A program made the position numbers and the translations under genes. A model generated the notes under the pieces. That model was not told the origin of the DNA and ran no database searches. It was given only the letters and a program-made list of their open reading frames with translations. Positions 40,985 through 50,769 of a DNA stretch of 64,000 nt are shown one piece after another; position 1 is the stretch's first letter, and each line of letters starts with the position of its first letter. The DNA comes from Candidatus Krumholzibacteriota bacterium (GTDB lineage Bacteria > Krumholzibacteriota > Krumholzibacteriia > JAJRXK01). The DNA lies in NCBI GenBank assembly GCA_963727455.1, contig CAVSGG010000012.1:17078-81077 (forward strand). The letters run 5' to 3'.

Positions 40985-43000
40985 CTAGTTGACGTAGCCC
41001 AAGGAACGCAGGCGCGCGCGCAGTGCGGGATCGTGGATGGCCTCGTGGGGAATCTTGTCGACCTCGTGCCTCCAGCGGTCCAGGGCATCCAGGAGGGCGC
41101 GCTCGCGCGGGTTCAAGTCCTTGGCGGCGATCGTCGAATCCGTTTCGGCGTCGGGACCGCAAGCGTCGATCCGAGAGTACTCCAGCGATTCGTCATCCCG
41201 CAGCAGTCCTTCCCCGCCCGCAAAGATGAAGCGGGTACGCGGTGGACCGTACAGCAGGTCCTCCGCCAAGAGCCGCGGTGGCGCGCACTCACTCGGCCCC
41301 GAATCTCCCCGATCGGCATCGGGCTCGGCCTCGCGCAACTCTTGGCTGCGGCTTCGTCCAAAGACGTAGGGAGCGAGAGTCGAGTCCACCGAACGAATCG
41401 CCATGCCGTGCAGAGGCATCGGCGGCAGCTTGCAGAGCGCGAGCACCGTGGGACCGACATCCGAGAGCTTCATGCCGGCCACGCTTGCGTGCTCTGGCAG
41501 ATCGAGTCCGCCGAAGGCCAGAGGAACCCGCAGAAGCTCGCCATAGAGAGTGTGGCCGTGTTCGAAGCCTCCGTGTTCGAAGAACTCCTCCCCGTGATCA
41601 CTCGCCAACACCCACAAGAGTGGTCGATCGACCGAGGCCTTCTGTGCCGCTTGCAAAAGTGGTAAAACCTGGTGGTCCAGAAACGCGACCTCGCGCCGAT
41701 AAAGTTCGTGCAGGGCCGACTTCTGCGTCTCGCTCAGAGTGTCGATGGCGCTGCGAACCGGGCCGAGATCACGTATTGCGCCATGCGAGAGGAAGGGAGC
41801 CAGGGAACTCAACCAGGGCCCGGGATGCGCATCGTGTAGCTCCCCCTTCGGTCCTCGCACGTGATACGGCAAGTGCGGGTCGATCACGTGGACCCACAGA
41901 AGCCACGGCCCCTTTTGCGGGTCGGGCTGCCGTAGCCACTTCACGGCCTTGCCGATGATTCGATCCCCCCGTTCCAGTCTCTCCTGCAGATGCCGGTGCA
42001 GAGTGCGAACCCAGATCATCTGCTCCACCGACTCCAGGCGTTCCAGACGCCCCGCGTGATCGAAGAAGTCGAAGCCGCGCGCGAAGCCCAATCCCGCTTC
42101 CAGGTGCGGGTTGCTGACGTAGGCCCGCGTGTGCCAACCGTGTCTCTCGAGAATCTCGGGCCACCACGATACTTCGGGGGAAACCCCGCGTTCGTGGTTG
42201 GCCCCGTGTCCGGTGGGAGCGACGGCCGAAAACAGCGAGGCAAAGCTGGGTCTGGTCCACGGCGCGCAACTGAAGCCCTCGCAACGCACCCCCTGCGCGA
42301 TCCAGGCGTCAAAACCGGGAGTTTTGGGCCCGCCGTAGGCCCCCAGGGCATCCTCGCGCAGGGTATCGACGGTGAAGAGCAGGAGATTCGGCGCGTTCGC
42401 GCCCGCCGTGGCGCGGCTTTGCTTCGGGGCAGGAACGCGCAAAGAAAAAAGAGCGGCGCCCATGAGCACGACGAGCGCCACCGACACACCACGAATCCAC
42501 AGAACTTCGCTCGCCCCCGCTTCCGTCCAGCGCAACCAGAGCCGGCTGAGGGATGCCGCGAGAAACGCCGCGGCCAGCGTGGCCACGAGCGCGATCAGAA
42601 AACCCTCCCAGGCGAAGAGCGTCGGATGGTGGTAGCTCAGCAGCGGCCAGTGGGAGAAGCGAGCCAGGTAGTCGAGGTCCACCCATAGGGTGGGAAAGAG
42701 CGCCGCCAGCCAGACTGCGAACAGCGCGCCCCGGCCTGCCCCCGACGAGCGGCGCCCGGCCGCCCCGCGCAGCACCCTCCGCAAAAGCAGCATCAGCCCC
42801 GCGGGCAGCAAAAAGAGCAGAGCTTGCAAGCCCGTGATTCCCAGCCACGATGCGCCGTTATGGCGTAGATGGCCGATGGGAGGCGGACCGGTGTGGTGAT
42901 AGAGACATTCCGCCGCGCCGAGCAGCGCCCCGCACAGACCAATCAGAGGAAGCACCCGAAGAAGCGAGACGACCCCGCCGCGATCGGAAGAAAGACGCAA
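40985..43000 (-). CDS. Membrane-anchored sulfatase-like (alkaline-phosphatase superfamily) hydrolase/transferase
   Basis: About 5 N-terminal TM segments, then LLLFTVDTLREDALGAYGG, SCAPWTRPSFASLFS, LWVHVIDPHLPY, ASDHGEEFFEHGGFEHGHTLY. Start (TTG 43000 or a downstream GTG) uncertain. Confidence 0.7.
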   Translation of the reverse strand: MRLSSDRGGVVSLLRVLPLIGLCGALLGAAECLYHHTGPPPIGHLRHNGASWLGITGLQALLFLLPAGLMLLLRRVLRGAAGRRSSGAGRGALFAVWLAALFPTLWVDLDYLARFSHWPLLSYHHPTLFAWEGFLIALVATLAAAFLAASLSRLWLRWTEAGASEVLWIRGVSVALVVLMGAALFSLRVPAPKQSRATAGANAPNLLLFTVDTLREDALGAYGGPKTPGFDAWIAQGVRCEGFSCAPWTRPSFASLFSAVAPTGHGANHERGVSPEVSWWPEILERHGWHTRAYVSNPHLEAGLGFARGFDFFDHAGRLERLESVEQMIWVRTLHRHLQERLERGDRIIGKAVKWLRQPDPQKGPWLLWVHVIDPHLPYHVRGPKGELHDAHPGPWLSSLAPFLSHGAIRDLGPVRSAIDTLSETQKSALHELYRREVAFLDHQVLPLLQAAQKASVDRPLLWVLASDHGEEFFEHGGFEHGHTLYGELLRVPLAFGGLDLPEHASVAGMKLSDVGPTVLALCKLPPMPLHGMAIRSVDSTLAPYVFGRSRSQELREAEPDADRGDSGPSECAPPRLLAEDLLYGPPRTRFIFAGGEGLLRDDESLEYSRIDACGPDAETDSTIAAKDLNPRERALLDALDRWRHEVDKIPHEAIHDPALRARLRSLGYVN

Positions 43001-43045
43001 GGTGATTGCCCCTTAGAGAGTCCGCACCAGCACCATCGCCGACCC

Positions 43046-44512
43046 TCAGAAAGTCCGCGCCAGCGCCGCAGCTCCGAGGCGAGCCAGGTTGGCCACCGAC
43101 GAGGGGAACAATCCGATCCAGAGAAGCAGCACGGCCGCGACGCCCATCGCGGCTGCGGCCTGCACGTCATCCCCGATGTAGGCCTCGTCCTCCGGAGACT
43201 TCATGTACAGGTAGACGACGACCCGCAGGTAGTAGAAGGCCGCCACCGCGCTGTTCAAGAGCGCCACGATGGCCAGACCGATCATCCCCTTGGAAATGAC
43301 CGCCCCGAACACGTAGAACTTGCCCCAGAATCCCGCGGTGGGGGGAACCCCGGCCAGGCTTAGCATGCAGATGGTCAGATACAGGCTCACCCAGGGATGA
43401 CGCTTGGCCAGACCGGCGAAGCCGCGCAGGTACATGCGCTCGCCCCGGCTCCTGCTCACGAAGGTGATGGCGCCGAAGGCCCCGATGTTCATGAGAGCGT
43501 AGACCGCGAGATAGAAGAGAATCCCACTGGTGGCGGCGTCATGTGTCTCCGGTCCCACCGCCAAAACACCCAGAAGCAAGTAGCCGGCGTGAGCAATGGC
43601 GCTGTAGGCCAGCATCCGCTTGAGGTTGCTCTGAGCCAGGGCGACGATGTTCCCGAAGCTCATGGTGAGGATCGCGAAGGCGATGAGCAGAGGACCCAGC
43701 TTCGCGCTCACCACGGGCATCCCGGTCCACATCACGCGCAGGAGTACGGCGAAGGCGGCTGCCTTGACTCCGGCCGCCATGTATCCGGAAACCGGCGCCG
43801 GCGCGCCGGCATAGACGTCCGGCGTCCACTGATGGAAGGGAACCATGGCGATCTTGAATCCGAGGCCCACGACCAAGAGCCCCCAACCGGCCCAGAACAC
43901 GGGGTTGGAGCGCAATGCGACGTTGCCGCCCATGCGCGCGCCCAAAACCTCGAGCTGCGTCGTACCGGTGGTCCCGTAGATCAAGCCGATCCCATAGAGC
44001 AAGAAGGCCGAAGCGAAAGCCCCCAGAATGAGGTACTTGAAACCCGCTTCCTGACTGTGGATGGAGTCGCGCTGCAGAGCGGCCAGGACGTAGACCCCGA
44101 TCGACATCAATTCGAGCGAGAGAAAGATCGCCACCAGATCGGTCGAGGACGCCAGCAACATCATGCCCGCGGTGGCGAACAGGATGAGGGGATAGAATTC
44201 AGGCATGGGGCGCGTTTGACGGCGCAGATACACCGCGCCCAGACTCACCGTTAGCAGGCCGGTCAGAACGAAGACGAGATCGAAGAACGAAGAGTACGCG
44301 TCGGCGCGGATGAGCCCGTGAAAGAGAGTGCTTCCCGTGTGCACGATCGAGGAGTTCGCGGCGAGTCCGGCCAGTACAAGAAACATCGCCGACAAAATCG
44401 AGAGATGGTCACTCTCGCGCCGGGGCCAGAATGCCTCGACCATGAGGACCACCACGCCACCGACGACCAGCCACAGAATGGGAGTGATCTGCATCAGCTC
44501 GGACCAGCTCAT
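43046..44512 (-). CDS. nuoN: NADH-quinone oxidoreductase subunit N
   Basis: ATG 44512 overlaps the nuoM stop (ATGA). Polytopic antiporter-like subunit. Last gene of the operon. Confidence 0.9.
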   Translation of the reverse strand: MSWSELMQITPILWLVVGGVVVLMVEAFWPRRESDHLSILSAMFLVLAGLAANSSIVHTGSTLFHGLIRADAYSSFFDLVFVLTGLLTVSLGAVYLRRQTRPMPEFYPLILFATAGMMLLASSTDLVAIFLSLELMSIGVYVLAALQRDSIHSQEAGFKYLILGAFASAFLLYGIGLIYGTTGTTQLEVLGARMGGNVALRSNPVFWAGWGLLVVGLGFKIAMVPFHQWTPDVYAGAPAPVSGYMAAGVKAAAFAVLLRVMWTGMPVVSAKLGPLLIAFAILTMSFGNIVALAQSNLKRMLAYSAIAHAGYLLLGVLAVGPETHDAATSGILFYLAVYALMNIGAFGAITFVSRSRGERMYLRGFAGLAKRHPWVSLYLTICMLSLAGVPPTAGFWGKFYVFGAVISKGMIGLAIVALLNSAVAAFYYLRVVVYLYMKSPEDEAYIGDDVQAAAAMGVAAVLLLWIGLFPSSVANLARLGAAALARTF

Positions 44513-46089
44513 CGTCCCACCTCCTGCCCTTCCGCGGATCCCGGGGCCCGCTGGTTCAGCTCGACCCACTTCAGCTTCCCGTTCGCGTTCGCCCGCGCCA
44601 CCTCTCGCTGCTGATACTGGATGACGGCGCGCAGGTCGGGTTCCATCTTCTTCAGCCAGGGAGCGGGCTGTACGCCCATCCAGAGGATGAAGAAGAACAG
44701 CGGCAGCATCACGAGAGCTTCGCGCCAGCTGAGGTCCTTCAATCCCTTGTTCGAAGAGTTGGTGCAATCGCCGAGGAACACGCGCTGGTACATCCACAGC
44801 ATGTAGAGCGCTCCGAGAATGACTCCCAGGGCGGCGATCACCGCAAAGCCCATGGCCCAGTTCAAGCTCAGGCTCTTGAAGGCGCCCACGAGTACCAGGA
44901 ATTCGCCCACGAAACCCGAAAGTCCGGGAAGGCCCACGCTGGCCAGCATCGCGATCATGAATGCCGTCGCGTACAGAGGCATCACCCGTGCGATGCCGCC
45001 GAATTCGCTGATCTCGCGCGTGTGTCTTCGTTCATAGATGAAGCCCACGAGAAGGAAGAGACTGCCCGTGGCGAGACCGTGGCTCAACATCACGAAGACG
45101 GCGCCGGACATCGACTCGACCGTGAGGGCGAAGAGCCCCAGGACCACGAAGCCCAGATGACTCACCGACGAATACGCCACCAGACGCTTGACGTCTTTTT
45201 GCACCATGGCCACCAGGGCCCCGTACACGATCCCGATGACCGCGAGGACACAGAGGAAAGGAGCAAAACGCGCCACGGCCAAGGGGAAGAAGGGAATGGC
45301 GAAGCGCACCAGCCCGTAGGTCCCCATCTTCAGCAGCACTCCGGCAAGCACCACCGAGCCCACGGTGGGCGCTTCGACGTGCGCGTCGGGCAACCAGGTA
45401 TGCAGCGGAAAGACGGGCACCTTGATGGCGAAGGCCACCGTGAACGCACCGAAGAGCCAGGCCTGCTGCGTCGCGCTCAAGGGCATGTTCCTGAAGGCGA
45501 ACCAAGAGAACGAACCAGCACCCGCCTTGTACATGTACAGAATTGCGGCGAGCATCAGCACGCTGCCCGCAAAGGTGTACAGGAAGAACTTCACCGAGGC
45601 GTAGATTCGGCGCTTGCCGCCCCAGATTCCGATGATCAGCGCCATCGGGATGAGCATGGCCTCCCAGAACACGTAGAAGAGCACCATGTCGGTGGCGCAG
45701 AAGGTTCCGAGCATCGCGGTCTGAAGCAAAAGCAGGAACACCATGAACTCGCGCACTCGCTCGTGCACCGCGTTCCAGGTGGATACGACCAGGATCGGTC
45801 CCAAGAAGGTGGTGAGCAGGAGCAGCCAGAGGCTAATGCCGTCCAGACCCAGAGCGTAGTGAATCCCCAGGCGCGGGATCCAGTTGGTGTTTTCCACGAA
45901 GCGAAATCCGACTCCGGATTCGAAACCACTCAGGAGCCTCAAACTCAGAAGGAAGTCCAAGAGCAAGACGAGGGCGGCAACCAGCTTGGCGCTCTTGTCG
46001 CAGCCACGCGGCAGTACGAGGAGTGGAATGACTCCGAGCAAGGGCAGGAAGATCACCCAACTGAGGAGATGATTTACAATCACTTCCAT
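44509..46089 (-). CDS. nuoM: NADH-quinone oxidoreductase subunit M
   Basis: 526 aa. WLPDAHVEAPTVGSVVLAGVLLKMGTYG motif. Confidence 0.9.
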   Translation of the reverse strand: MEVIVNHLLSWVIFLPLLGVIPLLVLPRGCDKSAKLVAALVLLLDFLLSLRLLSGFESGVGFRFVENTNWIPRLGIHYALGLDGISLWLLLLTTFLGPILVVSTWNAVHERVREFMVFLLLLQTAMLGTFCATDMVLFYVFWEAMLIPMALIIGIWGGKRRIYASVKFFLYTFAGSVLMLAAILYMYKAGAGSFSWFAFRNMPLSATQQAWLFGAFTVAFAIKVPVFPLHTWLPDAHVEAPTVGSVVLAGVLLKMGTYGLVRFAIPFFPLAVARFAPFLCVLAVIGIVYGALVAMVQKDVKRLVAYSSVSHLGFVVLGLFALTVESMSGAVFVMLSHGLATGSLFLLVGFIYERRHTREISEFGGIARVMPLYATAFMIAMLASVGLPGLSGFVGEFLVLVGAFKSLSLNWAMGFAVIAALGVILGALYMLWMYQRVFLGDCTNSSNKGLKDLSWREALVMLPLFFFILWMGVQPAPWLKKMEPDLRAVIQYQQREVARANANGKLKWVELNQRAPGSAEGQEVGR

Positions 46090-46098
46090 CTTCCCTTC

Positions 46099-48111
46099 CT
46101 AGAGGTGACGAATCAGGTAGAAGAGGATCACCAACGCACCGAAGGTGAACGAGTAGGCGTACCAGCGAAGCATCCCGTTTTGCAGAAGTCGCAGCACCGA
46201 ACCCACGATCCCGAGTAAGCGCGCCGGGCCGTTGACCAGCACCCCATCGATCAGGGAGGCGTCCGTGATCTTGTAGAAGACCGTGTCGCTGATCCAATAA
46301 CCCGGCTTGACGATGAGCGCCTCGTAGATCTCGTCCACGAAGTACTTGCCTTTCAGAAGCCAGTAGAGCCGGCCGCCGGCGAAGTTCTTCGCTGCCTGCG
46401 CGAGATCGAGACGTCGCGTGTAGATGAGTTGGCCCACGACGATTCCCAGCACCGCCAGGGCCAAGGAAGCCAGAGCCAGTGTCCATTCAGTGGCCGCGGA
46501 TGCGTGGGAGACCGCCGCATGCGCCGTCTCCATTCCGCCTGCTGCGGCCGCATGTCCGAGTTTTTCCACCAGCGCCGCTTCATCTCCGCCGATCCCCCGT
46601 GCAAAGACTGGCTCGAGCCACGCTTCGAATCGATTGCCTCCACCCAGGAAATGCGGCCAACCGATCCAGCCCCCCACCAGGCTCCCCAGGCCGAGCACCA
46701 TCAGGGGAACCGTCATCACCAAGGGGCTCTCCTGCACCTGGTGCGCGTGCTCCTCGTCCACGCGACTCTTGCCGAAGAAGGTGAGGGCCATGAGCCGCAT
46801 CATGTAAAATGCCGTCAAGCCCGCCACCGCGAAGCCGATGAACCAGAGCACTTTGCTATCCAGAAAGGTCTTGTACAGGATCTCGTCTTTGGAGAAAAAG
46901 CCCGCGAAGGGAAACACCCCCGCGATGGCCAGAGTCGCCATGCCCATGGTGATGAACGTGATCGGCATCTTGCCCTTCAGGCCGCCCATGTGACGCATGT
47001 CCTGCTGGTGATGCAAGGCGGTAATCACCGAGCCTGCGCCAAGGAAGAGCAGCGCCTTGAAAAAGGCGTGGGTCATCACGTGGAAGATGCCAGATGCGTA
47101 AGCACCCACCCCGCAGGCCAGGAACATGTAGCCCAGCTGGGAAACGGTGGAATACGCCAGCACCTTTTTGATGTCGTTCTGGGTGAGGGCGATCGTCGCC
47201 GCCACGAGAGCGGTCAAGGCGCCGATGACCGCCACCACTCCCATCGCAACCGAGGAAAGAGCGAACAGGAAGTTGAGCCGCGCCACCATGTACACACCGG
47301 CCGTAACCATGGTGGCCGCGTGGATCAGAGCCGAGACCGGAGTGGGACCGGCCATGGCGTCGGGCAGCCAGACGAAGAGCGGGATCTGCGCACTCTTGCC
47401 GGTGGCACCCATGAAGAGCAGCAAGCCCACCGCGGTGGCCACCGGCGCGAGCAAGGCAGTGTGCTGCGCCAGAACCGTGAACGAAAAGAGGTTGGCCCCT
47501 CCGACATGTCCCCCCAGAGTGCGCGCGATGAGCAGCATCCCCAACAGGAACCCGAAATCGCCCACGCGATTCACGAGGAAGGCCTTCTTTCCCGCGGCGC
47601 TGTTCATGAGATCCTCGAACCAGAATCCGATGAGGAGATAGGAACAGAGCCCCACTCCTTCCCAACCCACGAACAAGAGCGGCAGATTGTCGGCCAGAAC
47701 CAATATCAGCATCATCCCCACGAAGAGATTCAGGTAGGAGAAGTACCGCTGAACGCCACGATCTCCCTTCATGTAACCGATGCTGTAGATGTGAATGAGG
47801 AAGGCTACTCCGGTGACGAAGAGGATCATGACCACCGTGAGTTCATCCACCATGAACGAGACGTCGATCCGCAGATCGCCCACCGGAATCCACGCGTACA
47901 CGAAATCGCTCAGCAGCCTCTCTCCGACGGGCAGGGCTCTGAGGTCGAAGAAAGCCTTGAGCGAGAGCAGGAAAGAACCCAGCACGGTCAGAGAGGCGAT
48001 GCTGCCCGCGAAGACCCGCGGCAGTCGCCGGTTCAAGACACCGTTGATCGCCGCACCCGCTAGGGGCAGGAGCACGATGAAGCGCAAATACTCGGCCATG
48101 GTGGCGTGCAT
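46099..48111 (-). CDS. nuoL: NADH-quinone oxidoreductase subunit L
   Basis: 670 aa. GWEGVGLCSYLLIGFW, KSAQIPLFVWLPDAMAGPTPVSALIHAATMVTAGV. Confidence 0.9.
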   Translation of the reverse strand: MHATMAEYLRFIVLLPLAGAAINGVLNRRLPRVFAGSIASLTVLGSFLLSLKAFFDLRALPVGERLLSDFVYAWIPVGDLRIDVSFMVDELTVVMILFVTGVAFLIHIYSIGYMKGDRGVQRYFSYLNLFVGMMLILVLADNLPLLFVGWEGVGLCSYLLIGFWFEDLMNSAAGKKAFLVNRVGDFGFLLGMLLIARTLGGHVGGANLFSFTVLAQHTALLAPVATAVGLLLFMGATGKSAQIPLFVWLPDAMAGPTPVSALIHAATMVTAGVYMVARLNFLFALSSVAMGVVAVIGALTALVAATIALTQNDIKKVLAYSTVSQLGYMFLACGVGAYASGIFHVMTHAFFKALLFLGAGSVITALHHQQDMRHMGGLKGKMPITFITMGMATLAIAGVFPFAGFFSKDEILYKTFLDSKVLWFIGFAVAGLTAFYMMRLMALTFFGKSRVDEEHAHQVQESPLVMTVPLMVLGLGSLVGGWIGWPHFLGGGNRFEAWLEPVFARGIGGDEAALVEKLGHAAAAGGMETAHAAVSHASAATEWTLALASLALAVLGIVVGQLIYTRRLDLAQAAKNFAGGRLYWLLKGKYFVDEIYEALIVKPGYWISDTVFYKITDASLIDGVLVNGPARLLGIVGSVLRLLQNGMLRWYAYSFTFGALVILFYLIRHL

Positions 48112-48114
48112 GCT

Positions 48115-48420
48115 CTACTCCATCAGTTGGCGGAAGTGATCGACGTCCACCGTGTCACGTTTGCGGAAGATCTCGACGAGGATCGCCAGTCCCACCGCTG
48201 CTTCGGCCGCCGCGACGGCAAGAACGAAGAGCACCAGCACGTGCCCAGTGTGATCGCCCAGATAACGGCTAAAAGCCAGAATGCTGATGTTGGCCCCGGT
48301 GAGCATCAACTCGATCGACAGGAACATCACCAGTGCGTTGCGCCGGAAGATCACCCCGGCCACGCCGATCGCGAACAAGAGTGCGGAGAGGATCAGGTAG
48401 TGATTCAGTCCGATCTGCAT
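48115..48420 (-). CDS. nuoK: NADH-quinone oxidoreductase subunit K
   Basis: MQIGLNHYLILSALLFAIGVAGV…LSIELMLTGANI…AAAEAAVGLAIL. Confidence 0.9.
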   Translation of the reverse strand: MQIGLNHYLILSALLFAIGVAGVIFRRNALVMFLSIELMLTGANISILAFSRYLGDHTGHVLVLFVLAVAAAEAAVGLAILVEIFRKRDTVDVDHFRQLME

Positions 48421-48421
48421 C

Positions 48422-48952
48422 TCAGGACTCCCCTCCCTTTCGCTGAGCTTTACCGGCCTTCGGATTCGACCCCTTGCGCGCGATGTAGACCGCACCAACG
48501 ACCGCCACCAGGAGAAGTAAACCCGTCACCTCGAAGAGAAAGAGGTAGTCGACGAGTAGCTTTTGGCTGACCGCGTTCACTGTGCCATAGCTGGCCGCGA
48601 CCGTGCCCATCTGCCGAGGGTCCCCCCCCACCAACTTCGCGAGAAGCGCGGTGAAGGCGAGCACTGTGACCACTGCCAAGATCGGCACCAGCTTACCGCG
48701 CGAGACCTTGATGCGACTGGAGTCTCCCAGGAACATGGTGACGAAGAGAAAGAACACCATGATCGCCCCGGCGTAGATCAGAACCTGGAGCACCGCGAGG
48801 AAGTGAGCCGTGAGGGTGGCAAAGATTCCGGCCACGTTCAAAAAGCACGCGATGAGCCAAAACACCGAGCTTACGGCGTCGCGCCGGGTAACCATGGCCA
48901 GAGCGCAGATCACTGACAGCGTGGCGAAAATGTAGAACATGACGGCATGCAT
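48422..48952 (-). CDS. nuoJ: NADH-quinone oxidoreductase subunit J
   Basis: 176 aa. Position and hydrophobic profile fit. Start overlaps the nuoI stop by 1 nt. Confidence 0.85.
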   Translation of the reverse strand: MHAVMFYIFATLSVICALAMVTRRDAVSSVFWLIACFLNVAGIFATLTAHFLAVLQVLIYAGAIMVFFLFVTMFLGDSSRIKVSRGKLVPILAVVTVLAFTALLAKLVGGDPRQMGTVAASYGTVNAVSQKLLVDYLFLFEVTGLLLLVAVVGAVYIARKGSNPKAGKAQRKGGES

Positions 48953-49473
48953 CAGGACTTCACCCCATCAGTGGTGTTGTTGAGCAGGAAGTCCAAATCG
49001 ACCACGAACTTCTCGCGCGAGTCGGCGGCAATTTCGAAGATTCCGGTATCCATTCGAATCGCGTCGCATGGACACGCCTCCACGCACATGGCGCAGTAGA
49101 CGCAGCGAAGGAGATCGATGTCAAAGGACTTGGGCCGTTTCTCCACGTCGTTGCGGTCGTCGGCCATGGCCACGATGTCGATGCAGTCGGCGGGGCACAC
49201 CGTGGAACACATCTGGCAGGCCACGCAACGCGGCGAACCATCTTCCCTCTTCATCAAGCGGTGCCGGCTGCGCAGCCACGGACCGTAGTTGGGTTTCTCA
49301 TCGGGGTACTGCAGCGTGGGCATCTCGCTCATGTGGAAAATGTTCGTCACGAGATGCCGTGCGGTGATGTACATCCCCTTCAGGATTTCCTTCAGGTACC
49401 AGATTTCCGCGCCGCGCATCTTCGCGCCGCGCCCTCCGGTCTTCGCTTCTGGTCCGTGGATCGAGTACGGCAT
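48952..49473 (-). CDS. nuoI: NADH-quinone oxidoreductase subunit I
   Basis: Two 4Fe-4S ferredoxin motifs: CVACQMCSTVCP and CVYCAMCVEACP. Confidence 0.9.
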   Translation of the reverse strand: MPYSIHGPEAKTGGRGAKMRGAEIWYLKEILKGMYITARHLVTNIFHMSEMPTLQYPDEKPNYGPWLRSRHRLMKREDGSPRCVACQMCSTVCPADCIDIVAMADDRNDVEKRPKSFDIDLLRCVYCAMCVEACPCDAIRMDTGIFEIAADSREKFVVDLDFLLNNTTDGVKS

Positions 49474-49485
49474 TGAGTCGGCCCC

Positions 49486-50769
49486 CTAAGAGTGACTCAG
49501 CAGCACGACGGCCGCGGTCACGAAGAAGTTCAAGAGGCCCAAAGGAAGCATGATCTTCCAACCGAGTTTCATGAGCTGATCGTAGCGGAAGCGGGGAAGC
49601 GTCCAGCGAACCCAGATGAAAAGCCAGGAGAAGAAGAGGGTCTTCACGATGAAGCTCCCCACCTGGACCACGGTGGCGAAGTTCGCCGCACCTTGGGCGC
49701 CCAGTTGCCAGGGAGAGGCCAAAAGCAAAAAGCCCAGGCACAACAGCCCCAGAAGGAAGAAGATCACTCCCAGAATCAGAGGCTCCAGCTCACGGCGATC
49801 CCCCAAGAGACCGCGCTCTCTCTCGAAGCGGCGCCACAAGAGAGCCGCGAAGAGAAAATTGAACGCGACTCCGAGGGAGAGAATCACCGTGAGCAGAATT
49901 CCCGCGTGTTCCCGCAGGGTGGCAGTACCCATCCAGGGAATCTGCCAACCTCCGAAATAGAGGCTCGCGATGAATCCAGCGGCGATGATCATGCTCGCGT
50001 ATTCCGCCATGTAGAAGAGCGCGAACTTGAGGCTGCTATACTCCAGATGATAGCCCGCCACAAGCTCGCTCTCCCCCTCGGCCAAATCGAAGGGAGTGCG
50101 GTTCGCCTCGGCAAAGATCGAGACCAAGAAGATGATGAAACCCAAAGGCTGCAGGACCACTCCCCAGCGAGGCAAGAAACCCCAGAGAAGTTGCCCCTGC
50201 TCCACGACCATGGCATCGACGCGGGTGGAGCCGTAGACCAGGAACAGGGCCAAAACGGCCAGCCCCATGTTGAGCTCGTAGGAAATCATCTGCGCGGTCG
50301 CGCGAATCCCGCCCAGGAAGGTGTACTTGTTGTTGGATGCCCAGCCGGCCAGCACGATGCCGTAGACCGACAAACTCGTGATGGCGAGTAGGTAGAGAAT
50401 TCCCACGTCGAGATTCGCGATGCGCAGGGGAATCACCTTGTCGCCCAGATATAGAGCATCCCCAAAGGGAAGAATGGCGAAGGTGCACAGCGGAATCACC
50501 ATCACCAAAAATGGAGCCAGGGCGAAGAAGAAACGATTCACTCCGGCCGGAATCAGATCTTCCTTGAAGATCAGCTTCAAGACGTCGGCCAGAGGATGGA
50601 TGAGGCCCCCCAAGCGGATGACACCGCCCAGACTCGCGCGGTTGGGTCCGATACGATCCTGGATGAAGGCCGACCCCTTGCGTTCGCCCCAGATCATGAC
50701 CCCCAGAAGGCCCATGACAAAGGCCAGCATGAATCCAATCTTGGCCAGAGTCCAACCCAGATCAGCCAC
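49486..50769 (-). CDS. nuoH: NADH-quinone oxidoreductase subunit H
   Basis: 427 aa. RKGSAFIQDRIGPNR, FAEANRTPFDLAEGESELVAGYHLEYS. Confidence 0.9.
   Translation of the reverse strand: MADLGWTLAKIGFMLAFVMGLLGVMIWGERKGSAFIQDRIGPNRASLGGVIRLGGLIHPLADVLKLIFKEDLIPAGVNRFFFALAPFLVMVIPLCTFAILPFGDALYLGDKVIPLRIANLDVGILYLLAITSLSVYGIVLAGWASNNKYTFLGGIRATAQMISYELNMGLAVLALFLVYGSTRVDAMVVEQGQLLWGFLPRWGVVLQPLGFIIFLVSIFAEANRTPFDLAEGESELVAGYHLEYSSLKFALFYMAEYASMIIAAGFIASLYFGGWQIPWMGTATLREHAGILLTVILSLGVAFNFLFAALLWRRFERERGLLGDRRELEPLILGVIFFLLGLLCLGFLLLASPWQLGAQGAANFATVVQVGSFIVKTLFFSWLFIWVRWTLPRFRYDQLMKLGWKIMLPLGLLNFFVTAAVVLLSHS

Noticed and set aside
46429-48063. 544-aa plus-strand ORF inside nuoL (similar shadows exist over nuoM, nuoH, nuoG and nuoD)
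   Set aside because: The minus-strand frames encode textbook complex I subunits. The plus-strand ORFs are charged, low-complexity antisense artefacts.
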